Part shown: one piece after another, positions 59,107-64,000 of the stretch
How positions within the stretch are numbered: the first letter of the stretch is position 1
How the letters are laid out: every line of letters begins with the position of its first letter
Source: Octopus sinensis
Taxonomy: Eukaryota
Assembly (NCBI RefSeq): GCF_006345805.1
Contig: NC_043001.1
Span: 43,338,001-43,402,000 of the forward strand
Length of the DNA: 64,000 bases
Reading direction: 5' to 3'
The notes under the pieces: model-generated
Databases searched by the model: none
The model's input: only the letters and a program-made list of their open reading frames with translations
What the model was told of the DNA's origin: nothing
Made by a program: the position numbers and the translations under genes

Positions 59107-59186
59107 TTGTCACTGATGATGGAATACTCAGTACATGGACACATGCTAACCTACCACTTGGTTTATCCTAGAAATGGTTGTGAGAC
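59107..59186 (+). ncRNA. Second, more degenerate hammerhead-like motif
   Basis: GTCA-CTGATGA-TGGAATA...TATCCTA-GAAA-TGGTTG-TG-AGAC. The cleavage triplet GUG is predicted to be non-cleaving. Confidence 0.4.
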
Positions 59187-59914
59187 TTCAAGTTCACCTT
59201 GCTCTAATTGTATTATTCTAAATGACTTGAGATACTCATTCTACTTTGGTTGTGATTCTTCCTCTAATATAAGATATACTTGCTGTAACAGGACCCTAAC
59301 ATAGATCCCTAGATCCAGTCTTAGCTGTGATCATGGAACCTAACATTTGACCAACTATAGCACTTACCCAGCATACTTATTCGTTTAGATCACAAGTGAA
59401 GTAAACCCCTCATTCTTTGTCTATCTATGTATATATATTATACACATCAGACAGGTTTCAGGAGCTTTAGAAGAGTTTGTCTACAAAATTGCATTCCCTG
59501 TGTTATGGTTAACCAAGATGTTGTACAGAGGAATCTATAACTTGGAATTGCATAATTCTGAAGTGTACTTTGGGCAACAGAAAGCTGCAAATGTCCATCC
59601 ATTGCTGGTCATAATATTTATAATTTAGTGAAGATTATGGCAAGAAGGAATAGAATATAATCACTTAATTTGGTTGCTGAAATATTTAGTTACTTTTCTC
59701 TGGTGCAATCACGTCAGCTGGTGTTAGGAACATAAATTGTGACTAAGGTTTGGTGGAAGATTTTAATTCAAAACTTATGAAAACAAGACATTTGTACTCA
59801 GAGCCAAAGCTAGGTTGGTAATGAAAGGGTTCAAATGCTATTACATATGCAAGAAATACCTTGCTACTGAGGAGGAAATAAAAGTAATGGTGGTAGAGTT
59901 TAGCTGATCTACTA

Positions 59915-60211
59915 CAGGAGTGGTTCTCAACTAGAGTCCATACAAAAAAAATAGTAAATCAGGGGTCCACAATTGTATTTTAAGGGCCCTCTCAAAAAAT
60001 TTTGCTTTAGATTTATTGCAAGAAACAGTTAGGTTTCTTTCTCTAACGTTTTGCATAGTTCAACCTACACAAGTTAATGTGTGAAAAACAAAATGAGAAG
60101 TTTCTATAAAATTAGTTTTTAAATATAAAATGGCTACGGGAGTCCACCAGAATTAAATAGTAATCAAAGGGGTCGATAGATTAAAAAAAGAAAAATGTCT
60201 GAAAACCCCTG
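59915..60211. mobile_element. hAT-like MITE
   Basis: CAGGAGTGGTTCTCAAC ... GTCTGAAAACCCCTG ends. TSD unclear. Confidence 0.5.
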
Positions 60212-60439
60212 TATTACTGGGTAAATTTGGTTGTGCTTTTAAGAATTCTACATTTTTGTTGCTTTGCAAGCTCATTATCAAAGTAAGTTCATCTATGAGG
60301 GTGGACTGAGGCTGACTCTGAAGGAGTGATGCTAGAGTTGTGGAATTTTGCATGCATTAATTAGAACACTTTATTAGTAACTGCATTATTTCTTTCCTGG
60401 TAAAACAATATCTGACAGTTCAAAGAAGACTTCAAAAGT

Positions 60440-61378
60440 AACCAGTGGCATCTTCTCTTGAAAATGGACAAAGTTTGGCATCATGATGTTAAAGTACCTG
60501 CAGAAAAAAAATGGATTAGCTCCAAGAACATTCTTGCTGACATGGTTGTTACATTAAGGGATAATGATCCAGCTTTATCAATAATGCAAAAGTGGACATC
60601 CTGCAACTGACTATAAATCAAATAGCCAATGATATTAGCATATTCTGTGAGAGAGAATATTCTGCTCAGTGAACTTGACACGACAAAGGTTTCTGCTTGA
60701 TGGCTGTCACTTCTGACACCAGATCAAAAGTACACCAGGCTGATCACATCACAGGAAAATCTGACAGGCAAATCCAGTTGGTTCCCTAACCCAAGATGAG
60801 TGTTGAATTCATTACACTGAGTCAAGGACAAAAAGACAATCCATGCAGTAGAGACATCTCCTCACCTGCTCCAAAGAAGGCCAATGTTTAAGCTGCAGGG
60901 AAGTTGTTTGGGATGCAAAAAGCATTGTATTTATTGACTATCTTCAAAAGAACTACACCATTGATGGAGAGTACTATACCAACATGTTGAGGCAGTTACA
61001 AAGGGCTATCAAAACCAAACGTCCAGGAAAACTGATGAAAGGGATCTTGTTTTATCAGAACAATACTCCAGCACACAAATCCTTGCTTTTAATGGTTGCT
61101 GTACATGGCTGTGACTTTGAACTAGTTGATCACCTTTCCTATTTTCTTGATTTGGTCTCATCTGTTCCACAACATGAAAAAACACTTGGCTGGGAAGCAG
61201 TATTGCAGTGATGATGTCATATCTGCTATAGATGACATTTTTTGGCCAACCAAATGAAAGCTTCACCAGCGAAATCCAAGCTGCAACACCAATGGAAAAA
61301 TTGTGTGGATCACAAAGAGGATTATGTTAAAAAATAAACATTTGGGACAACTTATGAACTTTTCAGCCAACCCTTGTA
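60440..61378 (+). mobile_element. Decayed mariner transposon
   Basis: MDK...LAPKNILADMVVTL, KVSA*WLSLLTP (WVP-like), FYQNNTPAHK, degenerate YSPDL, and a 3' TIR-like GAACTTTTCAGCCAACCCTTG|TA. Many frameshifts. Confidence 0.85.
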
Positions 61379-62675
61379 TAGTAAACAATATTTTTTTGCA
61401 TGTAAAATCATAAAAATTTGGGAACAATCAGAGAAATATTTAATATTTTATTCAATTTAAGAATTGAAATCAATTTATCATCAGCTTATTTGACATTTAT
61501 TTAGGTGTGTTATTACAATGATGTTACATTTGAAGCACTTAAGCAGTTCAGAATAAACCTATGCACAAATGTAGCTGAAGGGTATCCCATTGTGTTGGTT
61601 TATGAAATCACGTTTTTGATCATGAGGCAATTATTGTTTCTATACATTTTTCTTGAAAAGTAATATCCTAACAACATTTAGTCTTGCACTCTGTTGTTGT
61701 ACAGTAAAGTTGGGTTCTCTTGTTCTGTGAAAATTTTCCAAAATCTAGGGTATGATTTATTTAGAGAATACATTCTCTTATGAGTTAACATGGATCTGAT
61801 CTGGGGAGTAAAAATTAATTTTTTTTTCGATAAAAAAATAAAATAAAAGTTATTCAGATTAGAAACCTAAATACAAAGATATTACATCTTCAAGCCTAAT
61901 AGTAGAATCCTCACTTTAAAAGTTTTTTGATCATTACTTTCTCTTGTGTGATAGCAAAAGTAAACACATGATCTAGTTTATAATCATTTGGCTTATGTTG
62001 CTAATCCTTTCAGGAAAACTTGCTGGATATAAAAGTTATATATCCTCACTCATGTTTGAATGTATCGTTTTCCAATAACGGATGTGGTTGTATATCTGTA
62101 AATATAAAGAAAGTTTAAGATTTAGAATATTGAAAATGCTTGCAAGGACATTTTATTCTAAATAATTAAAATAAGTATCTGTTTCTGAACATACAATATA
62201 ACAGTTATATATACATTGAAATGCTTACCTTTACTTGAAATAGACCATAATGTCTACAGATGTAAGTAAAGTGCAATTTAAAACATGAAACTGTAGAGAA
62301 ATTGAATAATTCCAGTTGATTGTTCCCACTTTTGGTTGAATATTTTACTTCCTTTATACTGTCATTTTTCTCCTCAACTTTCATAACCTGTTTCAATTAA
62401 ATTTCCTTGATGTCTGATAAATTTTTAATTGCATTGTCTGCTGACTCTATAGACTCATTTCAGTTGGCATGTCATGTTACAATGTGTGCCATTTTGCATT
62501 AGCTAACATAAATTTGTATCAAGTTACCTGCCAACAGCAAGCTCTTGGAGTAGTTTCATTGCTGGTATCCTCAATTACCATATATTTCATGTGAGCAATT
62601 AAGAGGGATTCAAATTATACTCGCCAATTAATTCAATGTTAATGAGATTAAAACAAAGTTAAAAGAAGGCTAGAC

Positions 62676-62824
62676 CAGTGTGCTGTGGTACACTGGTGTG
62701 TCACAGTGTAACCTGAATATAATTTTTTTCCCTATACTTTTAGTTATATTTTTAGTTCAGGTGTGTCACCAATTTTGAAAAGAATATAAGTGTACTGCAA
62801 GTGAAAAAATGTTGTGTAGCCCTG
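62676..62824. mobile_element. hAT-type MITE with 8-bp TSD
   Basis: Ends CAGTG / CCCTG. Flanks GGCTAGAC (62668-62675) and AGCTAGAC (62825-62832). Confidence 0.65.
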
Positions 62825-63017
62825 AGCTAGACTGAACATGTAGAAACTGTAGTCCAATAATGAAATTTACTTGTGTTAATGTTAAGCTGTTAATATGGTT
62901 GCTTCAAATCTCTACTGTTGTGAAGGTGCATAGTCTAACAACAGTGCTGCAATATATAATCCTCTTGTAACCATCCAGTTTTTTTTATATGAAGGACTAC
63001 ATTGTTCCATGTGTTTT

Positions 63018-63059
<42 letters not shown>

Positions 63060-63082
63060 CAAACAAGTGCATAAGGTATGTG

Positions 63083-63125
<43 letters not shown>

Positions 63126-63158
63126 CAAACAAGGTGCATAAGGTATGTGTATGTATAT

Positions 63159-63189
<31 letters not shown>

Positions 63190-63353
63190 TACATACAAGG
63201 TGCATAAGGTATTTGAGGATGTACCTTTTTTGGGTCATTGCTGCATTTTTTGCTTACTCTGTATAATCTTTGTTTCAGATGATTCTGCTAATTCACCATC
63301 TTATTTGTAAATGTACTTCTGTTCTTATAGGAAACAATGACAATATGAAACTG

Positions 63354-63611
63354 TTATTTACCTTGTAGTTCTCTAACTACCTTATTGTGGTAGTCTTGCA
63401 AGGTTTGTACCAATTTGCATCGTTTGGAAAATAATTCATGATCTTTATCAAAATCATTTACAAGAGTCAAGCAGGTCTCTCCTTTGTCAGATTTATCTGT
63501 GAACATTTTTTTAATATGTTCCCATGATGCAGTCTTCAGAATAATACTAATGACTTCAAAATCAGAAAATTCTATGGCATACATCAAAATATTCTTGCCT
63601 TGTTCTTTATC
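63354..63611 (-). CDS. Probable terminal exon of an ankyrin-repeat protein (the rest lies outside the window)
   Basis: Acceptor ttctttttccag|GAT AAA GAA; DKEQGKNILMYAIEFSDFEVISIIL...DKGETCLTLV...LQGK*, two G-x-(T/N)-x-L ankyrin-like turns. An alternative in-frame acceptor exists at 63731. Confidence 0.6.
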   Translation of the reverse strand, partial: DKEQGKNILMYAIEFSDFEVISIILKTASWEHIKKMFTDKSDKGETCLTLVNDFDKDHELFSKRCKLVQTLQDYHNKVVRELQGK

Positions 63612-64000
63612 CTGGAAAAAGAACAGAAGATGATGAGAAGATTTAAATGAATTCCTTTCCAGCTGAGAGTGAACAGATCTCATGGATCTTAGAATAGCTT
63701 GAGTACAAATTGACCAAGACATCACAAAGCCCTATATATAAAAATTAGTATTTCTTTCATTTTGTATAAGCACTAAGAAATTTGATAACATATACTTCCA
63801 AAGTTACCTATGATACTACAGGTAATATTATTTCACTAAACACAATTGAATTCTTGATTCTTTCTAAATTAGCACAAATAGGATCCTGAAATGGTTAGCT
63901 TGTAATTACATTGTTATAAAATTAATAGTGTTTTCATCTTTTATATTGTTTAGCTATTAAAGTAATTAATTTTACCTAGTTCTTTACTACCCACAAGGGG

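Larger units (their letters stand above)
58331..59270. repeat. ~940-bp inverted repeat of two Penelope-like terminal-repeat copies
   Basis: 58331-58630 and 58735-58830 are mirrored by 58880-59270, e.g. GATGTTGGTTGGTACTTCCATG versus CATGGAAGTACCAACCAACAT, and ATGGGTTTTGTGAGTGGGTGTATGAGAG versus CTCTCATACACCCACTCACAAAACCCAT. Confidence 0.8.

Overview
Eukaryotic, AT-rich, intron-rich and repeat-dense DNA. The SINE, MITE and RTE-tail repeats resemble what I recall from octopus (coleoid cephalopod) genomes; this is an inference, not a database result. Splicing exons by hand gave three complete genes. (1) An MTHFD1-type methylene-THF dehydrogenase/cyclohydrolase (+, 9 exons, 4210/4399-20524) that stops right after the D/C domain, has no formyl-THF synthetase domain, and has an in-frame upstream ATG encoding a 63-aa mitochondrial-presequence-like extension. 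(2) RPS25 (-, 4 coding exons, 31919-24134). (3) Fibrillarin (+, 8 exons, 46808-57310). The probable last exon of an ankyrin-repeat gene lies at the right edge (-). Introns and intergenic DNA hold decayed transposons: R4-like, Tx1/L1, RTE and CR1-like LINEs, piggyBac, Tc1, mariner, hAT MITEs, Helitrons, two Gypsy-type LTR elements and Penelope-like fragments. Best leads: the truncated and possibly dual-targeted folate enzyme, a box C/D snoRNA candidate in an RPS25 intron, hammerhead-ribozyme motifs in a ~940-bp inverted repeat behind FBL, an open gag ORF and twin stem-closed units inside FBL introns. Repeat boundaries are by eye and approximate unless a TSD or TIR is quoted. No CRISPR array, rRNA or intact tRNA gene was seen.
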